Below, in pieces: positions 13,140 to 25,300 of a stretch of 64,000 nucleotides of DNA (positions are counted from its first letter, which is position 1; every line of letters begins with the position of its first letter). The stretch comes from Blastocystis sp. ATCC 50177/Nand II (Eukaryota): the NCBI GenBank assembly GCA_039096935.1, contig JBBPEE010000035.1, forward strand, positions 744,001 to 808,000, in the 5' to 3' direction. The position numbers and the translations under genes are program-made. The notes under the pieces are model-generated. The model made no database searches. It saw only the letters and a list, made by a program, of their open reading frames with translations, and was not told the DNA's origin.

Positions 13140-14182
13140 ATGAATCTTAAAGTCTTTATTGTCTTGACTCTGCTGCTGCTATGGTCTTATACTGTTTCCT
13201 TCTTCAATAAAACAATAATCGTACGGTCATCTTCTATTCTTAAGAGTAGCGAGAGTACAAAGCCTCCGACAAGTCTCCAACGACCCACACGCGTTATTCC
13301 TACAACACAGTGTTATTCACAACGGAAGACAGCTTCAACAAGGAAGCACAAATCAAACTCAAACTCTTCAAAAGTCTCAGTGATCTCTATTCCTCCAACT
13401 ATTCCTTTCATTGCATCATCTTCACCAACAATCCCGATGTCGCCGATCTCTTCGATGATTCTAAGTGCTCAGTCGTCAAAGACGTCAAAAGGAATCCATA
13501 TGGCATTCCATTCATCAATTCCATGTATTGGACAGCTCAAATCATGGCAGATGCCAAGTTCTATGGATATGCCAATTCCGACATCCTCATCGAACCCACT
13601 CTATTTGATATACTCTCTCTTGTTGAACAATTGGTCAGTCGAGGAGACATTCCACCATATCTCGAATTGGCGGGTCGAGTGAATGAAACCAGTATCGCTA
13701 AACTGCCGCCTTCCTTCGCTTCCATGAAGGAAGTGAAAGAGTGTTTTGGTCGAATCGATGGAATGAAGCCCATTCTTCGTAACAAATACAGTGCTGTATC
13801 GATTGAAGATGGAGTTGATGTGTAGGACTATTTCTTCTTCTCACAAGATGCAATGCCACTGATTACAAATAGTTCGATGAACTTTGTGATTGGTCGACGA
13901 GGAATTGACAACTTCATAATGGGAAGATGTCGTGACAGTTGTGAGTTGTGTAAGAAGAGTATGTTCATCGATTTGACAGATGTTGTTCAGAGCATTCACG
14001 TGGGTTATAAGAAGAGAGTGAATGAATCATTGCAACTAGAAGACAATGAGTGGAATACATTCATGAGTTACAACAACAGCAGCCCATATGCATCTATGAG
14101 ACAACCAGGTTATTATTCCATTCAGAAGAAGAAGGATGTGTTCTCTGTTGAGGTTTATACAGAAGCGGAGGGTTTTAGTTAG
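13140..14182 (+). CDS. Putative glycosyltransferase (GT-A-like), paralog A'
   Basis: Signal anchor MNLKVFIVLTLLLLWSY; core identical to paralog A; diverged but alignable C-terminus; spliced. Confidence 0.65.
13314..14005. repeat. 692-bp inverted duplication, arm 2
   Basis: Reverse complement of 6829-7520. Confidence 0.95.
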
Positions 14183-14969
14183 GACACCTTGTCTATCTAT
14201 GAGTCCTTTCATATTGTTTGGTTTCTTACCAACAAAACGATTCAAATCAAGTCAGCAATGCAGAAGTGTAATGCTATGCAAGTGTGCTTCATTTCCATAG
14301 TAGTAGCATTCAACAAGTCTAGGGAAGAGAATCATCAAGCAACCATGCATATGGCAATACTACCCTTAATGGAGCATATCGGTGAATAGTAGTGTCTTTT
14401 GGGTTATGATTACAGCCGAAATAAAGCACTTCTGTAGCAAACGCATAAGAGAACTCTTTCGAATGATCAACAGGACAGTGAGTGTATTCCAGAACTGTGA
14501 GTATTGTTCATATGTGTATTTCAGTACCATGTCGACATATTTAGGACTGCTTGATAATGCAATGATACGTAGATGATCTAAAGGGTTATACTCATACACT
14601 ACAACGGTTTTGCAGAGAGAAGAATAAGCAATCATGTTAGGAAGAATGCATGATCGGTTTAGGTCTGATCAAACTTCGATGATCAAGCAATGACACTTAT
14701 ATCATGACCCTTACCATGACAGCGATCATGCGCAAACGAAGAAGCTTGTAGGTGGTTCATATGTATCATCCCATAAAAGGTACTGATCATGACGCTCTAT
14801 ATCCTATACAAACCCATGATAGACAGCTGTAAAACTCCAGTGGCATTATCCTATGGTTGCAAGGATGAGAGCCTCAGTATTAGTTTTCCCCTGTTCTTCA
14901 TCCTCTTTCACCTAATAGCAATACAACTTGATCAGCGTACGTAGATCGTTACTCTATAGTTCAGTGAAT

Positions 14970-16004
14970 TCACGTGGGATGAACTCCGCCTCTCTCGTAT
15001 ACAGAGGCATCAACACGCTCAAGCACTTCATTTGTTGTTTTGTAGAACTGGTACAGGACTGTTGAAGCGAGAATCGTCACAGTTAGGTCCTCTGAAACTA
15101 GATCATGCATTCCGGTGCTCAGCAGGGGGCATTTCTTTTTCCACGCCCCGATCGCGTTCTCCACAATCAGTCGCGTGGACTTGAAAACCTTATTGAAGAA
15201 CAGGATGTCTGGCTCATCTCGCTTCTTCGAGTAGGGACGAATGACGTGGACGTTGCAGGCAAAGCCTTCATCCACGAGGATGTATCCCCCTTCCTTCGGA
15301 GGTTAGTCCGGCAGCTTCATCTCCTCGTGAAGAACGGAGTTGTTAAACATGTCGTTGTCCTGGGTTCTTCCTGTAAATTCAGGCTCGACGTAGACCAGGT
15401 TCTTGTTCCAGTCACACACAATGAGCACGTTGATCTGGGTCTGGCTCTTGCGGCTGACGAACTCGTTGTACTTCCCCCTATGTGGAAGCCGACATAGGGT
15501 TCTGTCCATCGCGAACAGAGCTCCCGGCATAGGCTGCTTCGTCTCGTTGGAGCGCATGCAGACTTGGTCCTTCTTAGGGGAAAACTGAATCACTTCAGAG
15601 ACCCTCATCGCCAGTTCCAGCGTTATGATATCTGCCATGAGCAGGTATGTTGACGCTGGAACTCCCAGCATGAAAGCGTTGTCATCACAAGTCCCTTGTG
15701 TGAACAGGTGAAGGACGAGGCACACCACCGCAGTTTCCGGGCTCATGCTAGTTGATTGGCAAGCGTGCAGCCATCTGCTCCACGGCGTATCCCAAGATTG
15801 GTCCTCATTGGGCTTTTCGACCAACCAATCTACCAGAACGATGAAGCATTCGTAGGTCATCTTGAAGACATCGGCAAACTGGTAGGGATTCACGTCTCTG
15901 GGGAACTTGTCTGCCAGGTCAGGTACTTTATCTTTGTAGCGCCAACAGCTTCTATGATGGTCCCACTCATACATAGTGGTGTATATAGCGCTGAAGGCCA
16001 TCAA
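14970..16004 (-). pseudogene. PIF/Harbinger (DDE_Tnp_4-like) transposase pseudogene
   Basis: GALFAMDRT, SRKSQTQINVLIVCD, GRTQDNDMF, YILVDEGF, FNKVFKSTRLIVENAIGAWK. Two same-frame ORFs separated by an in-frame TAA at 15303-15305. No TIRs found. Confidence 0.85.
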
Positions 16005-16369
16005 TTGTTCACTATTGCTTTCCTATAGCAGGATGAGGGCTTGTTCAACATGTATCATTTTTCATACAAAACATACAAACTGGCTCATGAATAACAAAGC
16101 GACAAAAGGACTGTGTGAAACATGCACAGTTTTTCATTGTTGGGGTGCTCAAGTGTTTTATGACTGATTATGAACAGTGTTGAATCAAATCGTTCAACCC
16201 AGAAGAACCCACTCCCACTAGTTAACCGGGAAACATGAGGTAGTGTTTCATGTTATTATTAGGATTTGCCTCTCAGACCTATGAGAAGGAACAGACAGGA
16301 GTGAACAGTTGAGAACTCGGTTAGAGGCTATTTGTACTATTCCTATGTTTGTAACAAACACCATAACTA

Positions 16370-17738
16370 CTACTGCATATAGTGCTCTGCAATGGGTAAA
16401 AGCAGCGTAGTATTCACAACTGTATGATAGTTTAACATGGGATTCCACCATTTCTTCCGGATTTCAATTGGGATCTCTGCAGCAATAGTGGTTCCACGAA
16501 AAGCAGTGTATTGCATCTCACACACTTTACTCAGCCGCTCGTAGCAATCAATCTTTAAGAATGGATTGAATATTTCGATAACACTACTTCCTGGATGCAT
16601 GAACATCAGGTTTGTTAACTGTGCTCCATGTATTGAAATCAATAGGGTTGTATCAACCATCAGCCTTACCTGCATTTCAAAAGACATACCATCAAACTTA
16701 GCAAGCACAGTCGCTAAACACACACTCTTTAAGGCATCAACAACTTCATTGTCATTCTCATTGTATCTTGCTGACTTGCAACACCGAGTTACATAGGTGA
16801 TTTGCTTACGAGAGCTTCTCTCCGGACTGATACCATACCACTTATACACTGCACTCCTCATCCAGCGTGATTCATCGTGAGAAAAGAAGAGGTTTCCTGC
16901 ATTCATATTGAGTATTATCTATTCATCACTAGGACAAAGAATAGAGACAGTTTTGGAAAAGAGCACTGTGCTATTCTTCATCAGATCTCTTCTCTGCAGT
17001 ATTTGATAGTTATTCTTGCCAAATATAGATGACAAGATGATAGTAATGTACTGCGATGCCCATCCACTGAAAGCACCATACTCATAATCCGCTGATAAGT
17101 AAACGTAATGGGTCTAGTCATTACCAGCAGTTAGCAGTATACTCCTTAAATCTATTGCCATACTTTAAAAAGTACTGAATGATGGTGTTTGTTCCTTCAG
17201 CGATATGGTATATGCAATCCCCCACATCACGATATGGTATAACAATTACACTCGCAAATGAAGGAGGAGAAGCTGGGATTTGATGGAGTGTAGTCCTTAC
17301 ACGCACCGTACATGGACCGACTGTGCAACGTTTCCAAATCGTAGAGTTCATCTGTAGAACACGCTGTTTATAGATAAATGTATTCTCACGTGCATCTAAG
17401 AGAATACTGTCAACATAGTTAAAGCTGAAAGACGGGAGCTGCATCTCTTCTAAGCCAATCATCATACTCTGGTTTGCACTTCTTAGCGACTCGAGATTCT
17501 TCCTACGAGAATCAAGTAGGTAGTATTGACTACTGGTAGGCTTGAGAGAGGATAGTGCTATTATCTTGGTTCTTGTGGATAGCTACAGCTTGAAAAGGGG
17601 TGGTCGTATCATCATTTGAATGCCTTATTAGTGTGCAAGCTACTCATCATTCCATATACCCAGTACATTACATAGCACGAAGATGAATAGCAGGTGTATG
17701 CATAAAACCTCTTTTGCAGAGAGCATTTTATCTGTCAT
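16370..17738 (-). CDS. Glycosyltransferase family 61-like protein, multi-exon
   Basis: MSFEMQVRLM...ISIHGAQLTNLMFMHPGSSVIEIF; hydrophobic N-terminus; start approximate. Confidence 0.8.
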
Positions 17739-18079
17739 GATAGAATGACAACTATGAAACTCCCCCTTCCATGCTGTAACTGCCTCCATAGAGTTCGTGT
17801 TCTTGCGGCGGTTTTAGCAAAGGGGTAAGGGCTTTGCGAATTACAGAAACGCTGCATGCAGTGTTAACGCGTCACTTATGACAATACCATGACCTCATAG
17901 TAGTGTTTCATCGTTATTTCCTAAGTGCATATCGGCATTTACTACGATTGACTACTGCCTATCGGACACTTCTTCCCTAGTATGGATAGATTGGGGCAAA
18001 AACAAGTTATAATGAAACAAAAAGGGTAACTCAAGGCATAAAACATAACAACTGGGAAAACAGGGTCTCTGTGTAAGTA

Positions 18080-19273
18080 TCACTTAAGAAAGGAATAGGG
18101 AGCATTAATATAGTTCAACACTTTTGTATGACTCATCCATCGGATCAGCCTGCTATAGCTGCTTGCTGATGATAGTAAAAGAGACTGCGATTGCACAATT
18201 AGATACAACTCGATTATTGATCTCCTTATTATCAATTTAGTAACACTACCTTGATCAGTATGTCCTCTTTTATACAAGGATGTTGCTTTCACTTCAATGG
18301 GGTATAGTGATGCAGTTAGATTACGATAGGCATAGGATGAGTCTGTGGCTAAATAGACGTAACTACCATTCGCTCCAGACTCTACTATTGTTTGTCTTAT
18401 CATCGAAGGTACAGAAGATAAAATACCTTCTGTAACCATTGCAGTATTCTCATGTGTATCTGCCAGATTTCCCCCACATCTCACATGAACACCAATTTGC
18501 TTGGAGGCACTCCCCAGTTTGTTTCTTTCTTCACGAATGATGTTTCTCACTTCAACTGTTGGGTTATGCAGTAATCGAGCAACATATCGATAGTAATCAT
18601 CAAAACCCTCGTTTTCCTTTAAGAAACCCTCCTTTCGCAGGATAGAGACTAAGGCATCCCTTTGTTTTTCACTCAGCATGATGCGGTAATCATCAAATAT
18701 GAGATTCCTTTCTTCTATATGAAAAGTGTCTGAAGGGCCTGTCATACATTCAACGCCATAGCCACACGTCTTGTAAATGGTGATGTCTACTCTTCATAAT
18801 CAAATTCAGCAATTTACTCCCTTCATATCGAAGAGATTTAAAGCAGGAGTCGTAATTCTCCCAAAACTCGTCCTTCATATATACTACTCATAAAGAACGG
18901 ATTAGTCGCATGCTCCTGTAGTTGCGTTTTAGAAGGATAGCATTTGATAAGGACAATAGTATGGATCTTGTCTTGTGCCCAAGACCGCCCTTTATGCTTT
19001 TGTTTATTATCGTGTAATTGTAAGGCCTTGTCAAGTATCCGATAAGAATACTACACAGTTGCTGATAATCTACATGATTACTGACGAGAGATGTATAATA
19101 CCCGTTCCATCATTCCATGGGTAGAAACGATCTAGGTTTTTTCTCACTAATACACTACTGTAGCTATTTAAGTATTGTTGAGGTGGACTTAGGACAGTAT
19201 TCATCGCACTCGTTATGGAGTAAATGAGGAATAGGATAGGAACTCCCATGATATGGAGAAGCATAGCAGCCAT
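18080..19273 (-). CDS. Fucosyltransferase-like (GT23/NodZ-type motifs), multi-exon
   Basis: IGVHVRCGG, VYLATDS, SSYS motifs; signal anchor at the N-terminus. Confidence 0.7.
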
Positions 19274-19371
19274 ATGAATAGCGTAAACTACAGTTGAAAA
19301 GGATAAAGTGGTAGTATTCTACTCTTATCAAAAGGTGAAATCATTCCAATAGACAGTACATTCATGATGAA

Positions 19372-19513
19372 CATGCCTCTTCTGAATGAAGAATAACTAA
19401 ACGCGCAAAACCAGGGGTCTTCCGTTTGCATTAGTTATTAATTGACATTATGGTTAAGATTATTCTCCCCCTTGTTTTACGCGTTCAGTTATTCTTCATT
19501 CAGAAGAGGTATG
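19372..19513. repeat. Imperfect 46-bp inverted repeat between divergent genes
   Basis: CATGCCTCTTCTGAATGAAGAATAACTAAACGCGCAAAACCAGGGG (19372-19417) versus the reverse complement at 19468-19513, about 4 mismatches. Confidence 0.8.
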
Positions 19514-19589
19514 CTAATTATGCCTTTAACTGATTCAAAGGCTAATCTCGTCTGTGGATGAACATAGAATAATAACTGGCAGTCATAAT

Positions 19590-19820
19590 ATGTCAGCAAT
19601 GACTATTCCTCTTGTATTCTCGTTCAATCTATGTTGTTTTCTTGTCATTGTTTCCCTTTCTGGTCATTACACTATGAAGCCTTTTGTGACAAATCTATCC
19701 GTAAGAACTCATTCTATTCTACCCTTCTTCAGTGATTATTCAGTTAATAGTATCATTCTCTGAGTTGCTTAAATGTAGTATATGATTATGATGATGTGAA
19801 GTATTCAATTCCATTCAATA
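19590..19820 (+). CDS. 5' part of DUF1647-like putative glycosyltransferase gene (continues at 36506)
   Basis: Hydrophobic N-terminus; 29-nt intron 19750-19778; joins in frame to 36506 after removal of the EnSpm-like element. Confidence 0.7.
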
Positions 19821-20229
19821 CCCTGTAACCGGAGTATGCAGTATCAATTCCATGATTTCAATCTTTATTCCCACACTTTCTCTTTCAATTTTGAGAGTTG
19901 GAATTTGATTCTTTGCCAAGTTGTTTGTTCCCTTGTGTCTTGGCCATAGGCCAAATATCGTCCTTTCGGTGGAGATGGCGCCATGCCATTGAAGTTTGCT
20001 GCATAGCAGATACTCCCTTTGTCATTAACTAGTCGCCATCCATACATGTAGTGTGTAAACGATGTTGTAAGTGCTTTCATTTTGGCAATCATTCCCTAGA
20101 CGTAATTTGTGCAAGTGCATATCGTCCATTTGATTTACAATCCAGAGACAATCTATCATCCACGAGGTAAGATCATCTGATCAGCGTTTGCCATTCTTCC
20201 TCACTATGTTGCTCTCAATGTATCCATGA

Positions 20230-21520
20230 GTAATACCACGTGACAGTGAGTCTGCTATATTCATTCTACATATAGGATAGGTTGAATTCTTCCCTGATTG
20301 TGTGCAATCTGCGATTGAAGTCTGCCGTGCTCTGTTGATGGTCACTCCAAAGTTACATTCGGGTGAGCATTGCAGACTCGATACTTTCGCTCACTGAATG
20401 TTGCCATTACCTCTGATTTGGGTGACCTTCGTATTTTGGTTTATCGTCGTACACTTCCGTTCTTATTCCTCTTCTGCATTCCCACTGTGATACTGTTTCT
20501 TCGCTGTGATAGCGGTGGAAGGAAATCAACTGCAAGACCCTATACCCTTATCGCTCATCTTGATCCCATCTTACATGAGTGGTTATATGAAGGGAGTGTA
20601 GTTGATATTGTACTGAGATTGTGCAATTGCTCCCAATCTGATCATCCAGGGATATGGCTATGCTCTTCTGTGTATGTCATTACCGTTCTGACACTGTATC
20701 GTTAATGTGGATATTTGGTCGATATCCCTCCTGGTTGCGAATCTGCTCTACTTCCCTGTTACTTATTCACCCTTGGAGTATTGCACATGTGGCATGTATC
20801 TATGTAATGGGGTGATAAAGTATGTTTGCTAGGAGGAAGGGATTGAGTGGTCGATCCGCATTACGCGATCTTGTCTGTATCTCTCTTTCGCACCTTCTTG
20901 CCATAGTCGTCAGATGTATTGCTGGTGATAAGCAGATTATAACTACTACTATTGTGATTCGACTAACTAGAGAGCAATTCAAGATCATCCTTCTCTGCTT
21001 CTTCCGCATTCGTCGTATATCATGTGCATGGATGATACATTACGCAAATGATATGCACGCATCAATAACTCTTCTGGTTGTTGTAATGCTGATTGGCCTC
21101 ATGTTCATTCCGAGGTCGGACTATAGCTACTCAGTAGGATGTGGTCCCCTAATATCGATTTTGGATGTAGGAATGCGGAATATCCCATGGTGAGTGTGCT
21201 CTGATCCGATCTGATTCTTCCCTCTGTTTTGAAAGTTGGTGACTCCTAATGGTTTCTGTTCGATTGCTCATGTGTCACAAGTGCTGCTACTGCAAGGGCT
21301 CCGTCATATGCCAGTGATGATGTAGATTTGCCAATTCCATCTCATATGAGATAAATGACTCTCATTATGTCTTGGTTATCACAGCTACATTGCACTATGC
21401 ATATCCGCGCGGCTCCATTGCTGATTGTCTCTATTACCAATCTGTCCCCTCGGGTTGCTGTTCATGCGGTTGCTAGGACATGGTTTGTAGAAGCTATCGT
21501 TCCCGTGGCAGTCTTGTAGT
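20230..21520 (-). pseudogene. Possible heavily decayed LTR-retroelement gag-pol relic
   Basis: Ordered, frameshifted motif remnants: zinc-knuckle-spaced LQDCHGNDSFYKPCP, YDGA, VRKRDTDK..D-RPLN, ISLDDQIG, WSDH, NIADSLSR. Confidence 0.35.
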
Positions 21521-22389
21521 TCTTGACCTGTGGAAGAAAGAACTGAAGAATGCATTCTTCCTTACCTTATGCATTTCTCTCATTCTTACGTGACAGGTTG
21601 TTATCTACAGTGTGATTGGGAATGATGTTGGAAGGGAGGAATGGTTTTGAAGAGATGATGTCGGATTGGCACATTCTCTGCAGATGCGGATCGCTACTCC
21701 TACTGTATAATGATCTCACTGTTGACATGTCGGTTATGTACTTCCTCTGCCAGTCATCTGTCTGGTTGCCTCTATTTCCCCTCTTTTTCGTATTTCCCAA
21801 CTGTGAAGCTATTTCTGGATGGGCGGTATTCTTTACTCAAGTATGAAGATCGCCTGTTTCATTACTTCTCTATGAACCCGTGATGCAATCATCATGCTCT
21901 GATGCCGTTTAGAATCGGATGCTATCCAACTGCAGTGCATTACTCAGTTCCCTATCCTCAACTAAGTATGTGTTCCTTCTATTTGAGGAGTACCGGGTGT
22001 ATTTCTCCATTAGCATGAATACCGGCTCATGACTATTCAGCATGTGCATATTCTCCTTCTCTGTAGGTGCTAAGTGTTGTGGCATTCATGCACGAGTGTG
22101 TTAGGGTGATGATTGTAGATCTCTTCATCTACTCCGTATCCTCCACTATGATCATGGCTCTGATGCTGATGACCCTAGTGGAGAATACAGGGAGGAGAAG
22201 CGAAGCAGTTGAAGAGGGATTCCTGAATCGCGCGAATGCTCGTCCTGATGTTTGCGTTGTGTCATTGTTGAATTGTATTATGGGAGTACTTTGTTGAACC
22301 ATCATTCTTGCCTTCATTTGTCAGTTGCTTAGGAACTGAGATACAAGATGTCCTTAGTCCCTCGTTTGTGACTCCATATGGTAGTATAT

Positions 22390-25300
22390 GAATGACAACA
22401 ACAGCCACATTCCAATAGCATGCATGCTCATGATCATTGTAATTCTACTTGTTCATAACACAGACGGGTATGAATTACATTATTGAGAGGCAACGTATTC
22501 AAAGTGTTGCTGAGTTCATATTTCTACAAAGGACTGGAATGGCGTTTGACACACTCTTTCACTGGTAGGCGTCAAATACACTGGTGCAGAAGATCAGCAG
22601 AAGGAATTCAGCAGCATTCTGTGGTGCATTGCAGCATTTCTGTTATACTTAGTTCCTATATTGATCCTGTGATCTTCTTTGCTCTTTGTCGACGTATACA
22701 TGCGAATCCAGCATTGAATCCATAGGTATTTCTCCTTCTAATGGTGGTTTACCAAGCAACCAGTCTGCGAAGTTGTTCTATAAGTTAATCCTTCCATTTA
22801 CGGAAATAGCGTTCTTTCAGCAAACAGGCGTACCAAATGATCTAATGCTAGACGTTTTCAATGCATCCCTGTCTGTTCCTGAGCTGTTTGGTTCCAGCTC
22901 GATGTGTGCTGCCTATAATCTCATGTCGTTATCTATCTATGAGCGTGACTAGTAGAAATGAGAATCATGATGATCTTGATGCATTTCTTGATAGCGTGTG
23001 TGAGAATGAAGCTGTTGAGAATAGTACTGTGGATAATGAAGTTGATCCAGATGATGCACATCCATTACCTAATGATGCTGTTTGGTTTCCTTTTGGAGTG
23101 ATATTATAGTCTCTTCAGGATGGTAGATCCCTGTTCAACAAGTGCCACTGCAATCTGCGTGAAATACTCATCCTGAATACTCCACAGCAAAAGGACAGAC
23201 CTTATTCCTTTATGGAGTGGGCGCATTTGAATAACTTGATGGAGTTCCGTGCTTCTTCCCTGTTTGGAATCATGTATAGATGGTGATGATGTATACGAGG
23301 CAACGTGCTCATTGTATAATGTTCTTGCACTTCTTGTCCCGTCCGTTCAGAAAAGACGAATGCTTGTGGATGAGTTTAACAAGTATTACAAAACTGTGTT
23401 GAAGAACGAAATCTCATCAGATTGGACTTTTCCATCTTATGATGATATTGAGCGTACTATTGCAAAACACTCCTGCATTGTGAGAATGATCCGAAAGATA
23501 CCCCTATGCATCAGATGCAACCAGTATGTTCTATCCGATTGCGCCTTTTGTCCGGAGTGTTTATCTCATGGCACGTTGTTTCCCGTATGGAGGTCATGCA
23601 AGACGAAGGGCTGTCTCACAGAAGAAGGATTACTGAGTATTCTTCGTGACTACTATTCACCTCAATCGAGAGAGCTCGCTCTTAGAAGAGCACAGAACTG
23701 CAGGTGCAAGCATAAAGCCAAGACTTCCTTTTTCAAGTACATTCTCTACATCCCTCCAATTGCTGTTCTGCTGGAGCTCTTGAGAAGTGGCTCATGGTCA
23801 AACATCCCATACACGTCGCTTGCTGATCTAGTTGAAGCTGTTTCGTTATGCTACATGGGAAACAACAGTTCCGTCGTGTCAGCTAATGCGATAGAGATTC
23901 TTGAGAGATGGGAATACCACATTCTACCCTTCTGCGCAAAGTGTGCCAATTATGCTCCTGAACCAAGTACAGAATCAATTCTGGAGTGTCTCAGATTGAT
24001 GAACGAGCAGAATTCTTCACTGCTTGATTCCTGTCTTGGTAGTGAGGGTTTCACATTCTCACGTGAGATGGCATCAAGTGATCCATGCACACAGATTGTG
24101 TCTCATTCCTCTCTGTCTGATGCTTTCAAGAGAGCCTTGAGTTTAGTCCGTTCATAGTCACCTGATTTCTAGACCGAATCATGCTGGCTTTGCTGTCTTC
24201 CCGAAGAGCCCTCATTATGCCACCTGCCACTCCACCCAGTTCTGCTGCCACACCGTCATCTGTCGTTACTGCAGGTAATGAGTCACAATCGTTGTCCACT
24301 CTCTGTTCTGATGAGTAATAGTCATGGTCAACAACCCCCAACAGATCCAGACCCTGTATTCCAGTTTACGGGAGATTTACTGGAAAGATATGAGGGTCTT
24401 GAAGTGGATGATCTGAAGGTGTGTGCTAAGAAGTATCAAAAGGACTTTGATACAGTCATACCTACTGGTGATTACTCTAATGCCCTTTCGTACTTAAGGA
24501 GATTGGCCATTTATGAGTCTTATTCCTCACCGTTCCTTCCATCCTCGTTTCTTGTATCCATGCAGTGTCTGATGGATGCACAGAGAAACTGGGATGAGCT
24601 GAGACCTTCTCTTCGCGTGTTCAATGCATTTGTTGAGCTGGGTATTGCATGCCGAGAGTTGGTTGCGATGGCTCGTGAGATTGCTATTCGGTTTCATTGT
24701 GAGTACACGGAACCCATACGTCTAACTGTCGACGAGGCGATAGCGTTCGAAGGATTCAATGTGAAGGAGCAAGCAAGTATTCAACAGAAGGCTTCCCTTG
24801 GCAATGACGTTGATCTTTCAGCACACCTGACTTCTCTTGCGGGTTTGATTGAAGTGATCTGCGACTGTCTTTCTCGTCGTTACAACAGAATGATGTACGT
24901 GAGCAAGGATGGTCAATGGATAAAGGAAGCACTTCGAGAGGCTAAGAAGAGCAAGGAGATCCGGAGATTCCAATCCATTATTCAGTCAAATCAGAGCAGC
25001 ATGATTCACTTGCTGTATCGCTTTCTTCTTCTCGTGTTAGAGTACACCGAGTTCTTAACGAAGAATCTACCAGTTCCTGATTCAAATGCGGAAGTCCTTT
25101 TTCAGTTCATCACTCTTTTCTCTCTCTCTTCCCGCCAGCGTTATTCGAGCATTGCTTCCATGATGGGGTGTGAGGAGGCAAACAACGCTGAAGTAGTGAA
25201 GACTATTCAAACCATGGGGGAAAAGTGGGCTTGCTGGAAGAAGAAGTGTATCGAGTCATTACAATCTGGTTCTTTCGTCACCAAGGCTATTGTGAATCCA

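Noticed and set aside
21020..21040. Plus-strand CMDD as an RT active site
   Set aside because: No supporting plus-strand motifs; the ordered remnants are on the minus strand.
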